NCBI GenBank assembly: GCA_963782545.1
Contig: CAWAKD010000007.1
Span: forward strand, 1,497,310-1,561,309
DNA length: 64,000 bases
From: an uncultured delta proteobacterium
Lineage (GTDB): Bacteria; Myxococcota_A; Polyangia; Fen-1088
Direction of reading: 5' to 3'
The notes under the pieces were generated by a model. That model did not search any database. It saw only the letters and a list, made by a program, of their open reading frames with translations, and was not told where the DNA came from. Numbering within the stretch: the first letter of the stretch is position 1; each line of letters begins with the position of its first letter. A program made the translations under genes and the position numbers. Positions 46,696 through 55,962 of this stretch are shown here, one piece after another.

Positions 46696-47466
46696 TTGCC
46701 GACCACCTCAACTTCTTCATCGACGCCGCCCTGCATAGGCCTGCCTTTGCCAAGCGGGGAAAGAATCACTGAGGAACTCTGCCGTCACTACCGGGCGCTG
46801 GGCATTTGTGTCGTAGTATCGGAAGCGAACAGCGATGCATTCTTCCACTGGCTCATCCAGTCGGGGATTGCTCGGAAATACTATCTCGAAGGGGTGAAGG
46901 CCGAAGGTGGCGGAGAGCCTGCATATCGGCGGGCCAGCTTCGTCGATCCCATTCTCGATGCGGTGGCCGCCCGTCAGTGGAAACTCGCCGCCGAGCTCGC
47001 CACTCTCAGCTCGCCCACGTGGATCGAGGGAGAGGAATACGAGGACGATTTTCTCTACGCGGAGTTCTGGCGACAGACTCTGACCGGCGACAAGAAGCAC
47101 CTTCCGGCCCTGGCCGATCGATGGCGGGCGGTGCTCGAGGGCGGCTCGGATCTTCGTCTTGAGCTGGTGACGGCGTTCCTTGGCGGTGATTCCAACACGT
47201 TCGCGGAGGCCTTGCGCACCTTGCTCGCTTGGAAGGAAGACGAGGCCAAGAAGATTGCCGCGCCCAAGGCCGACTCAATTCTGGCGGATGACTACCCCTT
47301 CTATCCCAACCGCTGGATTTCGGTCGAGGGTTTGGCATGGCTGGCGTTGGCCGAACGCCAAGGAATTCGAACCGAGGGATCCTTCCTTGGTTGCCCGGAT
47401 GTGGTTCGCGTGGCCAGCTATGCCCCGTATCAGCCGGTGGCATACCCGGATCTACCTTTGCTCTAG
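46696..47466 (+). CDS. Hypothetical protein (possible additional or orphan immunity protein)
   Basis: 256-aa ORF with acidic content. Its position is typical of immunity-gene arrays downstream of T6SS toxins. Confidence 0.3.
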   Translation: MPTTSTSSSTPPCIGLPLPSGERITEELCRHYRALGICVVVSEANSDAFFHWLIQSGIARKYYLEGVKAEGGGEPAYRRASFVDPILDAVAARQWKLAAELATLSSPTWIEGEEYEDDFLYAEFWRQTLTGDKKHLPALADRWRAVLEGGSDLRLELVTAFLGGDSNTFAEALRTLLAWKEDEAKKIAAPKADSILADDYPFYPNRWISVEGLAWLALAERQGIRTEGSFLGCPDVVRVASYAPYQPVAYPDLPLL

Positions 47467-47471
47467 GCGAG

Positions 47472-47933
47472 CTAGAACTTATCGCCGCAACACACGCAGA
47501 CAGGATCGGGAGCATTGCCGATCGCAATCACCGGCCCCTGAATCACCGGCACGGGCGGCGTGTTCTTGTCGTTGTGGAGCATCATGTCCATGGCGCGGGG
47601 GACGTTCTTGCCTTCGATCTGCACGTCGAACGAGAAGTTCACGAACTCGGCCTTGCCCTTGATTTTGGACGAGACGATACCAAGCAGGGAGCCGGCTTCG
47701 TCGCCGGTGCTCATCGAGAAGTTCGAGTCCTTCACGCACGGGGGATTGCCGTCGCAGGTCACCTGCTTCGCGCCCTGTGCGGTGTCGCTGGACTTGGCGA
47801 TGTTCGGGTAGGGGATGGGCACGAACGGGGCGGGCGGCGCGGGGGTCTTGCACACGTCGGGAAAGGCGATGGAAACGCCGTTGCTCCCGGCGTGGACCAC
47901 GCTCATGTTGTTCACCCCCACCGTGACGGGCAT
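47472..47933 (-). CDS. PAAR-like DUF4150 domain protein (T6SS spike cap)
   Basis: The N-terminus MPVTVGVNNMSVVHAGSNGVSIAFPDVCKTPAP…IPYPNIAKSSDTAQGAKQV…KDSNFSMSTGDEAGS…KAEFVNFSFDVQIEGKNVPRAMDMMLHNDKNTP matches DUF4150. Confidence 0.8.
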   Translation of the reverse strand: MPVTVGVNNMSVVHAGSNGVSIAFPDVCKTPAPPAPFVPIPYPNIAKSSDTAQGAKQVTCDGNPPCVKDSNFSMSTGDEAGSLLGIVSSKIKGKAEFVNFSFDVQIEGKNVPRAMDMMLHNDKNTPPVPVIQGPVIAIGNAPDPVCVCCGDKF

Positions 47934-47980
47934 CGCGAAATGCTACCCCGAAACGGGTTGGTCGCAAGCTGCAAAACATT

Positions 47981-49741
47981 TCAACGAAACCGCTCGGCCC
48001 GCCTGACCAGACGCCCTTGCTCCGCGGCGGCGCGCTCCGAGATCAGCGCCAGCACTTGTGCCTGCTTCTCCAGCAAGCGCGGCCTGTAATGGCCCTTTCC
48101 GTCGTGGGCCAGTCCGTGTGCGAGGGCGGCCAGAGCGCCAGGCTGATCGCCCTGCGCCGACAGCGTGTAGGCGAGGTTCAGGTTGGTGCGCGGGTCGTCC
48201 GGATCGATGCGCAGGGCCTGGGTGAACGCCTCGTGCGCGTCGGCGAGGCGCTCGCGGTAGAAGAGGCAATCGCCGAGGACGTTCCACAGCCAGGCGCTGT
48301 GCCAGGGGTTGCGTTCGAGCGCGGCGCGGGCTATCTCCAGGCCGGCGGCGTGGTCGCCAAGCTGCAAGCCAACGTACTCGGCCGCCTCGCCCAGCATCTG
48401 CCAGTCATTCGGATTGCGCTCGATCATGCGGCGATACGCGTCGAGCGCTTCGTTTCGCCGCCCGGCCGCGAGGTGGGCGCGCGCCTCTTCCTGCGGGGCA
48501 TCGAGGTGGCGGTCGGCCTCCAGCGCGAATCTCTTGCGCAGAACTTCCATGGCGCGCGGGCCGATGGTGCGCGCAATGAGCCGGGTGTGAACGCGCCGCT
48601 CTTCGTCGCCATCCGGCGCAGCGGTTGCGAGCCCGTGGCCAGCCAGCGCACGTTCGAGGAATGGAAAGTTCAGCCCCAGGGCGACGCTGCCGCCGAACCT
48701 CTGCACCCCGACGTGGGCGGCGACATCCTCGGCGCGAACCGGGCCGTAGTCGTTCACCAGGATGAACCCGCACGGGTCGATACACGCCGCCAGCTTATCG
48801 AGGCAGGACAGTGCCCCACCATTGATGATGAACCGGCCACCCTCGGGCATCGCCGCGGCCAGCGCCGACTCCTCGGTGGTGGCTGGCGTCCATGGCAGAT
48901 ACGCCGTCTCGAGATCGAGGTGCGAGAGCAGCGGAAGCAGTCGGACGAGATCCTCGAATCTGCCCGAGGCCGCAAGTGCGCGCACCTCGTCGAGCAATCC
49001 AAGCCCGGCGGCTCGCAACACAGCCAGCCCGCCCGCGAGGTGCGTGCGGACGCAGAGCTGCTCGATGCCGGTCGACGAACGCCGTGCAATCCTCGATGGC
49101 AGCACATCGAGCAGGTAGTTGCAGAACACGACCACGGGCGCGCCCAGCGCTGGCGATGATGGCGGCGCCGACACCCCACCGGGCAGCGACAGCTCGCTCG
49201 GCGAACTTGCATCGCAGATGCGCAGGGCTACGTGCTCTTCGTGCCCGGCGAAGAGTCCATCCTGCTGCCATCCCAGGACAGTTAGCTCGAAGCGGTCGGA
49301 CACCACGTAGGTCAGACGATGGTAGAGGTCGCTGTCTTCCTTGCGGCACTCCGCCGCGAAGGCGTCGAGAAAATACCGTGCGCAGAGGCCGGTCCCCGCG
49401 CCGAGCTCCAGGACGATGATGTTCGCGGGCAGCGAAGATCGGATTTCGCTTAGCGCCGCGAACACCAAGGCCGCGGCGTTCTCCGACAACCTTCCGGTGT
49501 TGTTCACCAGGTAGGGCACGTCGTTGCGAACGAAGGGGATGACCCCGGCCCGATCCCAATAGGCATCGGCAAGCCGCCATTCCAGGCACTCCCCCAGCGG
49601 ACGAAAGCCTTCGATTTCGGTCGGATCGATGGCGACGCTGGCAAGCGCCTCGACCGCCAATCTTCCTTCCGGGCCGGCCAGGCGGCGCAGGACTTCATGA
49701 GGGGATGTCGACGGTGCCGCGGAGTCAGGTGGGGTGGTCAT
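47981..49741 (-). CDS. Class I SAM-dependent methyltransferase-like domain fused to C-terminal TPR repeats
   Basis: The SAM-binding motif IVLELGAGTGLCARYFLD is present. C-terminal TPR-like helices follow (ALDAYRRMIERNPNDWQ…, AHEAFTQALRIDPDDPRTNLNLAYTLSAQG). The start is the ATG at 49741. Confidence 0.6.
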   Translation of the reverse strand: MTTPPDSAAPSTSPHEVLRRLAGPEGRLAVEALASVAIDPTEIEGFRPLGECLEWRLADAYWDRAGVIPFVRNDVPYLVNNTGRLSENAAALVFAALSEIRSSLPANIIVLELGAGTGLCARYFLDAFAAECRKEDSDLYHRLTYVVSDRFELTVLGWQQDGLFAGHEEHVALRICDASSPSELSLPGGVSAPPSSPALGAPVVVFCNYLLDVLPSRIARRSSTGIEQLCVRTHLAGGLAVLRAAGLGLLDEVRALAASGRFEDLVRLLPLLSHLDLETAYLPWTPATTEESALAAAMPEGGRFIINGGALSCLDKLAACIDPCGFILVNDYGPVRAEDVAAHVGVQRFGGSVALGLNFPFLERALAGHGLATAAPDGDEERRVHTRLIARTIGPRAMEVLRKRFALEADRHLDAPQEEARAHLAAGRRNEALDAYRRMIERNPNDWQMLGEAAEYVGLQLGDHAAGLEIARAALERNPWHSAWLWNVLGDCLFYRERLADAHEAFTQALRIDPDDPRTNLNLAYTLSAQGDQPGALAALAHGLAHDGKGHYRPRLLEKQAQVLALISERAAAEQGRLVRRAERFR

Positions 49742-49763
49742 CGCCGATCTCTCCACGCGACCT

Positions 49764-50780
49764 TCATGCGCTCGCCGCGATTTCCCGCACGTCGTGCGGC
49801 CCCGTGCGCAGCACCAGATTGCCTCGCCAAAGCAGCAAGACGCGACGATCGTCGGGTTCGATGATGACGGTGTCGAGGACCAAGGGCACTGACTGCGCCG
49901 CACCTTCTGCCAGCGCCACGCGCACCTCCGGAGGCGCGATGCCAGGCAAGGAAAAGGCCAGCCGCCCCTCGGGGCTGGCCCCGACGATCACGACCGGCTC
50001 GTCACCACGTAGGTATCCCGGCGCGACCAGACCGGGTGAAGCCGCATTCAGGTATTTGCGGTCGAAGTCCTTCGCCAGCAACGGCGAGCGATCGTTCTTC
50101 CATGCCTCATCATAGGTGCCGGCCAGCGCCGCGCGCGGCTGCCAGTGCGGCGAGGTGAAGCCAAAACCCGCGGGCGCGGGCCGGTCGCCGAAGCTCTTGA
50201 TCGGCGCACGTGGATCCTCGAGGTTCGGCAAGCGGATATGCTCGACGAATCCACCGGCAGCGCGGAATCCTGTCCCTACCGGATTTCGCGGCTCGCAGGT
50301 GTGCTTGCGGCGATCCGGGTTGTCGCGATCCCAGCCACCGAAGGCGCGTTCGTAGACCAGCGGAATCTTCTCGAACTGGACGGCGCCGCTCATGGAAACC
50401 GACCCCAGGGTCTTGAACCAGATCCGGTCTCCCAGAACCAGGACTTCCTTGCCGACCGGGCCAACGCGCAGGGCGACGATCATCTCCCTGATGTCGCCCC
50501 GGGGGGCGTAGGCGTGACCGATGAGGACGACGTCGGTTGCCGGTTTCGTGAACGCGACCTCGGGCTCATACTTGTACGATGACTTCTCGGGCTCGTCGCC
50601 CCACGACGTACCACCCAGGTTCAGCGGAATCTGCTCGTCGGCGAGCATGCAGCGTCCCTCTCTACCAATGGTGAAGGTCCCCTTCAGGACCGGGACGAGC
50701 AAGGGACGAAACTCCTCATCCACGAGGTAGAGGGCCTCGAAAGCAAACGGCGTCTCGTTCTTCACCTGTGGATGCCCCAT
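49764..50780 (-). CDS. DUF2169 domain protein (T6SS adaptor family for DUF4150/PAAR-like effectors)
   Basis: The N-terminus matches the DUF2169 pattern (MGHPQVKNETPFAFEALYLVDEEFRPLLVPVLKGTFTI…GDEPEKSSYKYEPEVAFTKPATDVVLIGHAYAP). Confidence 0.75.
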   Translation of the reverse strand: MGHPQVKNETPFAFEALYLVDEEFRPLLVPVLKGTFTIGREGRCMLADEQIPLNLGGTSWGDEPEKSSYKYEPEVAFTKPATDVVLIGHAYAPRGDIREMIVALRVGPVGKEVLVLGDRIWFKTLGSVSMSGAVQFEKIPLVYERAFGGWDRDNPDRRKHTCEPRNPVGTGFRAAGGFVEHIRLPNLEDPRAPIKSFGDRPAPAGFGFTSPHWQPRAALAGTYDEAWKNDRSPLLAKDFDRKYLNAASPGLVAPGYLRGDEPVVIVGASPEGRLAFSLPGIAPPEVRVALAEGAAQSVPLVLDTVIIEPDDRRVLLLWRGNLVLRTGPHDVREIAASA

Positions 50781-50783
50781 CGC

Positions 50784-52115
50784 TCACCGCCCCCAAGCCA
50801 GCGTCTCGACTCTGGGAACCCCGGGGAGCGCAGCCCTGGCCGGCTCCATCTGCTTGAGTTGCTCCCGAGCCCAACCCTTCAAATCCACTTTTGGGGGGGT
50901 CACTCTGGGCAAGTTGGCGACCGAAGCCACGATCTCGATGAGCATGACCTCTCTGCGCCAGCAGGCCCTGCCCGTGAAGGCATTTCGTAGCGCCGCCGGA
51001 CTGCGCGGCTGGCCGCCCACATAGCGCGTTCCCGGAATGAAACGCCGACGTTCCTTGTCCCACCATTTCTTCACCCTCTCGACCCGCGGCTCGGGCAGAA
51101 AGTCCTCGGGCCTCACGATGGGTGGTGGATCCTCGTCGCCTACCTCCAGGGCGTCCGGACCCTGCGTCTCCCCGGGCTTGGCCATCTCGCCACCGATGAC
51201 CAAGCCGGTGATGGCCGAGAACGCCTCTCCTGCGACTCGCGACTTCTTTTCGTCGGCCATCGCTTGGACGAGAACGTCCGCCGAATCCGCATCGCCGGCG
51301 AAACCGAGGGCCCACATCGCGTGCATGCCCACGTCGGCATCCAGGGCTTTGCCACGCACGAAGGCGCGATCGTTTGGGTCGGGGCTGGTCGCCAGAAACC
51401 CGAGCGGCAGCCGACACAGCTCCCCCACGCCTCCGGCGAAAATCCTGCACTCGTTCCAGGCGGTCTTGACCGCGAACGTGAGCCCGGTCCGCATCGCTTC
51501 GAGTCGGACCTCGATGTCGTCGGACTGCGATGCCACCTCCACATAGTCGACGAGCGTGCGCTCGCAAAGATTTCGGATGGCCCTTACCGCGGCCGCGACC
51601 AGCGGCGGCTGTCCACTACGCATCGCTGGATCGATGTGCTCACGCACCCAATCTGGTTCGCGCGTGGCAAAGACATCGAGAACGATGGCCCGCAAATGGG
51701 GCGCACCGCTATTGAAGAGTGGGATGAGTCGGCTCAGATCCGCCCGCGGGGCAAGATACAGGGCGCGGCCGATGGCGGCCTGGGCGGGCGGCTCGGCCGA
51801 GGCCAGGGCGTCGATGACCGTGTCCTGGTGGTCTGCGTCTTCCGCCTGCACGAGCGCCCAGGCCGCGGCGGCGATCCCGCCAAGATCGTCACCCGCCAGC
51901 GCCGGCAGCAGGAGTTTCTGCGCCACCGGCTGCCCGCCCAGCACCAAGCCGTCGAGGTGCGCGAGCAGGCGTTCTTCGGGGCCGATGGCCACATCGCCAA
52001 GGGCATACACCGCCGAATCGAGGGATGCTTCCCAGTTCCCCCAGAGCCAAGCCGCCTCGTCGAGGTGCTCTTCGTAGATATCCCACGGGATGGGGCGCGC
52101 CGAGGCGGGGGCCAT
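50784..52115 (-). CDS. HEAT/armadillo-like repeat hypothetical protein
   Basis: The 443-aa ORF is Ala/Leu-rich with helical repeats. It is packed 1-3 nt from both neighbouring genes. Confidence 0.45.
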   Translation of the reverse strand: MAPASARPIPWDIYEEHLDEAAWLWGNWEASLDSAVYALGDVAIGPEERLLAHLDGLVLGGQPVAQKLLLPALAGDDLGGIAAAAWALVQAEDADHQDTVIDALASAEPPAQAAIGRALYLAPRADLSRLIPLFNSGAPHLRAIVLDVFATREPDWVREHIDPAMRSGQPPLVAAAVRAIRNLCERTLVDYVEVASQSDDIEVRLEAMRTGLTFAVKTAWNECRIFAGGVGELCRLPLGFLATSPDPNDRAFVRGKALDADVGMHAMWALGFAGDADSADVLVQAMADEKKSRVAGEAFSAITGLVIGGEMAKPGETQGPDALEVGDEDPPPIVRPEDFLPEPRVERVKKWWDKERRRFIPGTRYVGGQPRSPAALRNAFTGRACWRREVMLIEIVASVANLPRVTPPKVDLKGWAREQLKQMEPARAALPGVPRVETLAWGR

Positions 52116-52116
52116 G

Positions 52117-52644
52117 TCAGTTGATTTTCACGCTGCCGCCGCGGATACGATTGAGCCCCTTGGCGGTGGTTTCGACGTAGGCTCCACGCAACACCAGTTT
52201 TCCGTCGCGGCGCAGAGTGATGCTGGCGTCTCCGCAACGGAGCACGACCTCCTCGACCCCTTCGAGCACCACGCGCTTGCCATCCACGCGCGCCTCGGTC
52301 GGCTTCGCCAGTGCGGGAGCGGCGCTGGGAGAATGCAGGAGGGTGCCGAGCAGAGCCGCACCCGCCTCGGGTGGGAGCAAGCCCACGATGATGGGTAGCC
52401 GGGCATCGCCGTTTTCGAACAGCAGCACAACCTGCTGCCGGCTGAGGAGTGCCTGGCGGACGGTCGCCTCGTCCAGCGCCGCCAGCGAACGCGCGGCAAG
52501 CGGCCCCCCGGCAGGGTTGCCCTCGAAGTCCACCATCAGCGCCCCCGGCTTGCTGCCGGCGGCAAGACAACCAACCTTGACCGGCACGCCCGCCGCGATG
52601 GCCATGGGCGTGGTGGGATCCGATGGGCCAGATTTCGCATTCAC
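52117..52644 (-). CDS. Small protein with a VgrG C-terminal (DUF2345-like) beta-helix segment
   Basis: The C-terminus GDASITLRRDGKLVLRGAYVETTAKGLNRIRGGSVKIN parallels the VgrG C-terminus SGDASITLKKDGTIILKGKDVSITASGK…. It is the first gene of the minus-strand T6SS accessory operon. Confidence 0.45.
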   Translation of the reverse strand: MNAKSGPSDPTTPMAIAAGVPVKVGCLAAGSKPGALMVDFEGNPAGGPLAARSLAALDEATVRQALLSRQQVVLLFENGDARLPIIVGLLPPEAGAALLGTLLHSPSAAPALAKPTEARVDGKRVVLEGVEEVVLRCGDASITLRRDGKLVLRGAYVETTAKGLNRIRGGSVKIN

Positions 52645-52838
52645 TGCACAGTCCTCGCGCAGTTAGCCTAGAACAGATGCGGGCAAAGTCCACAGCCCCT
52701 TTTACGCGGCGAATGACGACGCAACCCGTGAAGCAGACACGAAGAGGAAATCATGAGGATTCGCACGGGATGGTGCCGGCCGGATCTTCGTCCGCGAACA
52801 GGGCATTCGTCGTATGATCCCCCGCAAACGGAGGGCCC

Positions 52839-53918
52839 ATGCCACTGTCGCGGTTTCTGCTCAGGCTCGGTGTGTTTCTGCCTGTCCTTTGCGTCTGCCG
52901 TTCCAGCGTGGCGGCGAATATCTGTGACGAGACGGTTCCGAGCAATCGCATGGTCGATGGACTGCCTGCCTACTCGCAATGCACGGCCTCGAACAGCGGC
53001 GCGGTCTATTCCGACAACGGCACCGACACCGCCACCGCGTCGGGAGGAACCGGTTGGGTGCGGACGCAGGGGAGCGGAGGCTACCAGTGCACCGAATGGG
53101 CGCATCGCTACCTCACCTTCAAGTGGAACGTCACCAGCGTGCCCAATGGCAACGCCGGGACCTGGTGTGACGGCACCATCCCAAGCGGCCTGGTGAAGAC
53201 GACCACACCGGTACATGGCGACCTAATCGTCTTTGCCCCGGGATCCTGTGGGGCCGATGCGACCACGGGCCATGTCGCGGTCGTCGATGTCGTCAACGCG
53301 AACGCCAGCGTCACCTTCGTCGAACAAAACAGCGCGGGCCGGCGCAGCTGCGCGACCAGCACCGCCGCGTGCTTCCTGCACGCCACGGCCAACGATGGCA
53401 ACGCCATCGACGGCGGGACGCCCGACGGTGCAGGGACGGACGCGGGGCCACCAACCGCCCGTGATGCGAGTCCTGGCAACGACGCCTCCAGCGACCGCAA
53501 CCGGGCCGATGCGTCCAGCGCTGGCGGAACCTCGGGGGCAGGCGGGACGTCCGGCGCGGGCGGCGAGACCGGCGCGGGCGGCGCTTTGGCCACGGGAGGG
53601 GAGAACGGCACGGGCGGCGCCTTGGCTACCGGTGGTCGGGGTGGCAGTGGCGGCGTGGTGGCCGCGGGTGGGGCACCTGGCTCGGACGGCCAGGCCGGCG
53701 TCGGCGGAACCACGACGACAGCGGTCGCGAGCGCGGGCGGCAGCGGCGCCGCAACCAGTTCCTCCGCCGGACCGTCAGCTTCTCCAGGCAACGGCTGCTC
53801 CTGCCGTCTCTCGGATCGAAGGTCTGCAGAAGAGCAACCTGTCGGTTGGCGCTCCCTAGTCGGCCTGGTCTTGGCCTCCGTCCTTATGGCTTTTCGACGG
53901 CGGCGATCGCGCAAGTGA
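52839..53918 (+). CDS. Secreted CHAP-domain peptidoglycan hydrolase with Gly-rich linker and MYXO-CTERM sorting signal
   Basis: GGAGG lies 4 nt before the ATG. The signal peptide is MPLSRFLLRLGVFLPVLCVC. The CHAP Cys and His motifs are YQCTEWAHRYL and GHVAVVDV. The C-terminus GCSCRLSD…LVGLVLASVLMAFRRRRSRK is a MYXO-CTERM pattern (GCSC, TM helix, Arg cluster). Confidence 0.75.
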   Translation: MPLSRFLLRLGVFLPVLCVCRSSVAANICDETVPSNRMVDGLPAYSQCTASNSGAVYSDNGTDTATASGGTGWVRTQGSGGYQCTEWAHRYLTFKWNVTSVPNGNAGTWCDGTIPSGLVKTTTPVHGDLIVFAPGSCGADATTGHVAVVDVVNANASVTFVEQNSAGRRSCATSTAACFLHATANDGNAIDGGTPDGAGTDAGPPTARDASPGNDASSDRNRADASSAGGTSGAGGTSGAGGETGAGGALATGGENGTGGALATGGRGGSGGVVAAGGAPGSDGQAGVGGTTTTAVASAGGSGAATSSSAGPSASPGNGCSCRLSDRRSAEEQPVGWRSLVGLVLASVLMAFRRRRSRK

Positions 53919-54181
53919 GAGTCGTTCGCTGGGCCTTGGTCGAATAGAGCCGCGGTCCCTGTAACCGTTTCGCTCGTGCCTCCGTACTCGTGGGCAACAA
54001 CGGAGGTATTCCCATGAAATCGAGCGTGTTCTTGAGCCTCGCGCTTTGCGCCACCACTGCCGCGTGGCATCGGCAGCCGCACCAACTGATCGAACAGCGC
54101 ACGAGCAAGCGCCCGTAAGGGTCGCGCCGAGTTGGCTCGCGCGCGCCACGATTCGACCGGCCGCGGGAATTCGTCTTGCCC

Positions 54182-54649
54182 CTATTGGCGGGAACGAGGT
54201 GCGGGCAGCAAGGCGGTGGTTTTGGAAGCCGGTTGCCAACTTGGCGGTGGCACAAGCCACGGATCCTGACTCCGCTCTCCGGGCGCGTCCCAGCCGCCGG
54301 GGGCGTTCGTGCTTGGTGAGGACGGCAACACCAGATAGACCATGTCGGGGTATTGCCAGCACGCGATGAAACACGCGCCGTAGGTGATGAAGCCCAGAAG
54401 CCCGGCGGGCCAGCCGAACTCCCGGCGCATGGGCTGAACCGCGCTTCGTCCATCCTCCGTCTTTGCCGACACGTTCACGGTTCCCGGTAGTCCGGTCTTC
54501 TGCACCGAGGCCACCCCGCGGCCGAGCGTGACACCATCCACGGTGATCAGGGCCTGCGGATCGCTCGCGATGATCTGGGTCGTTCCGCAGCCCGCGGACA
54601 GGGTCGCCAAGGTGCCGAGCAGCAGTGCGGTCTTGAACAAGCGGCACAT
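54182..54649 (-). CDS. Small lipoprotein, hypothetical
   Basis: The signal peptide is MCRLFKTALLLGTLATLSAGC. The C-terminal part of the ORF is of doubtful coding quality. Confidence 0.35.
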   Translation of the reverse strand: MCRLFKTALLLGTLATLSAGCGTTQIIASDPQALITVDGVTLGRGVASVQKTGLPGTVNVSAKTEDGRSAVQPMRREFGWPAGLLGFITYGACFIACWQYPDMVYLVLPSSPSTNAPGGWDAPGERSQDPWLVPPPSWQPASKTTALLPAPRSRQ

Positions 54650-54650
54650 G

Positions 54651-55640
54651 TCAAAACCCGATTCCAACCGTCAACATCGGACCGTGGGAGAGTCGCTTGC
54701 TATTGCCGTCTCCCGCCGGCAGGTCATAGGACGAGTAGGCGGCCTCTTGGTAGGCGTTGACGAAGTAACCGATCTCGCCGCGCAGCTGGACCGTCGACAG
54801 TCTGCCGAAGAGCACGCCGAAGGCGCCGTGAAAACGCAGCCCGCTCGCGCCCGTGCCGCCGAAGTTGCTGATGGAATAGGCCACGCCGCCACCCGCGTAG
54901 GGGACGACGTTCTTTCGGCCAAACGGCCTATAGAGGCCAAGCCCGACATCGAAGGCCTGAACCTTGCCGCCTCCGCCGCCCGAGGTCGTGGAAACGAAAT
55001 CGACGAACGCCTCGGCCATGTATTCGCGCGCATCGTACATCCAGAAGAGCCCGAGCCCTGGTCCCGCGGCGATGTCCCCGCCGGCGCGATTGAAGGGCAC
55101 GATGGCTCCCAGGCGCAGCCCGAAGGTCTTGGTCGCGACCTCCTTGAGGTAGGGATCGGCCTCCTTTTGGGTAACGGTGTCGATCTCGGCGTTGCCGCCC
55201 GCGCGCTCGCCCGTGGCAAAACCCTTCACCAGGCGCGCGACCACGGGATCGAGTTGGTCAGGACCGCCTGTCGAGCCCAGGCTGTCCGAATGGACCATGG
55301 CCTTGGTCGCGACCTGATACACCGTGAGGCGGACCCGGAAGTTGCTCTGCAGGTGCGTGAGACGGACCAGCATGACCAAGTCTGCGCCGGCAACACGACC
55401 CGTCTCGACGGCTTGGGTCGCGTCGCCGGGAGAACCCGCTGCCGGCGGAACCTCGACCACCGCGTACTTGCCTGTTTCGGCAAGGTAGTCCTTGAACAGA
55501 TCTTGCGCGATCTGTTCGTAGGCTGGATGGACGTTGCCTCCCGATACCGGGAAGACCGCAACGCGCTGGGCGGCGAGCAGGGCCGGCGAAAGGGAGGACG
55601 CAACGAGCAGGACCAATGTGGGAACGATTTTGGAAGGCAT
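54651..55640 (-). CDS. Outer-membrane beta-barrel protein (hypothetical)
   Basis: The signal peptide is MPSKIVPTLVLLVASSLSPALLAAQ. Gly/aromatic-rich alternating strands follow, and the C-terminus ends …LTVGIGF. Confidence 0.5.
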   Translation of the reverse strand: MPSKIVPTLVLLVASSLSPALLAAQRVAVFPVSGGNVHPAYEQIAQDLFKDYLAETGKYAVVEVPPAAGSPGDATQAVETGRVAGADLVMLVRLTHLQSNFRVRLTVYQVATKAMVHSDSLGSTGGPDQLDPVVARLVKGFATGERAGGNAEIDTVTQKEADPYLKEVATKTFGLRLGAIVPFNRAGGDIAAGPGLGLFWMYDAREYMAEAFVDFVSTTSGGGGGKVQAFDVGLGLYRPFGRKNVVPYAGGGVAYSISNFGGTGASGLRFHGAFGVLFGRLSTVQLRGEIGYFVNAYQEAAYSSYDLPAGDGNSKRLSHGPMLTVGIGF

Positions 55641-55962
55641 GTTGGGACCCACAGCAAGGCGCAGGCCAAGCAAGATCCGCGGATTTGGGCGAGCAAGATC
55701 CGGGAGAAGTGTTCACGATTCCCCTCGTTGTCGAGTTTTGAACACTCACCCCACCAGGCAACATCAACGCGGGCGATGAGGTCGAAGCGACCCGCCTGCA
55801 AGAGCGCAACCGCCGGCGCGGGATCGACTTTGTTGTGCCGTGGGCGCGGCTCGCCCAGTTGGTTCGTGGTCGCGCAACCGACCAGCAACGTCAGCGCGGC
55901 AAGAGCGTGCTTCATGATGGCATCGAGGTTAGTCGCACGCGTCGGCTTGCTCAATAGCCGCT

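Noticed and set aside
55226-55915. Lower part of the 968-aa ORF (small lipoprotein MKHALAALTLLVGC… and read-through)
   Set aside because: The frame runs into and overlaps the well-supported OMP gene (54651..55640) and its RBS region. At most a short lipoprotein with an unresolved end exists here, which is too uncertain to list as a feature.
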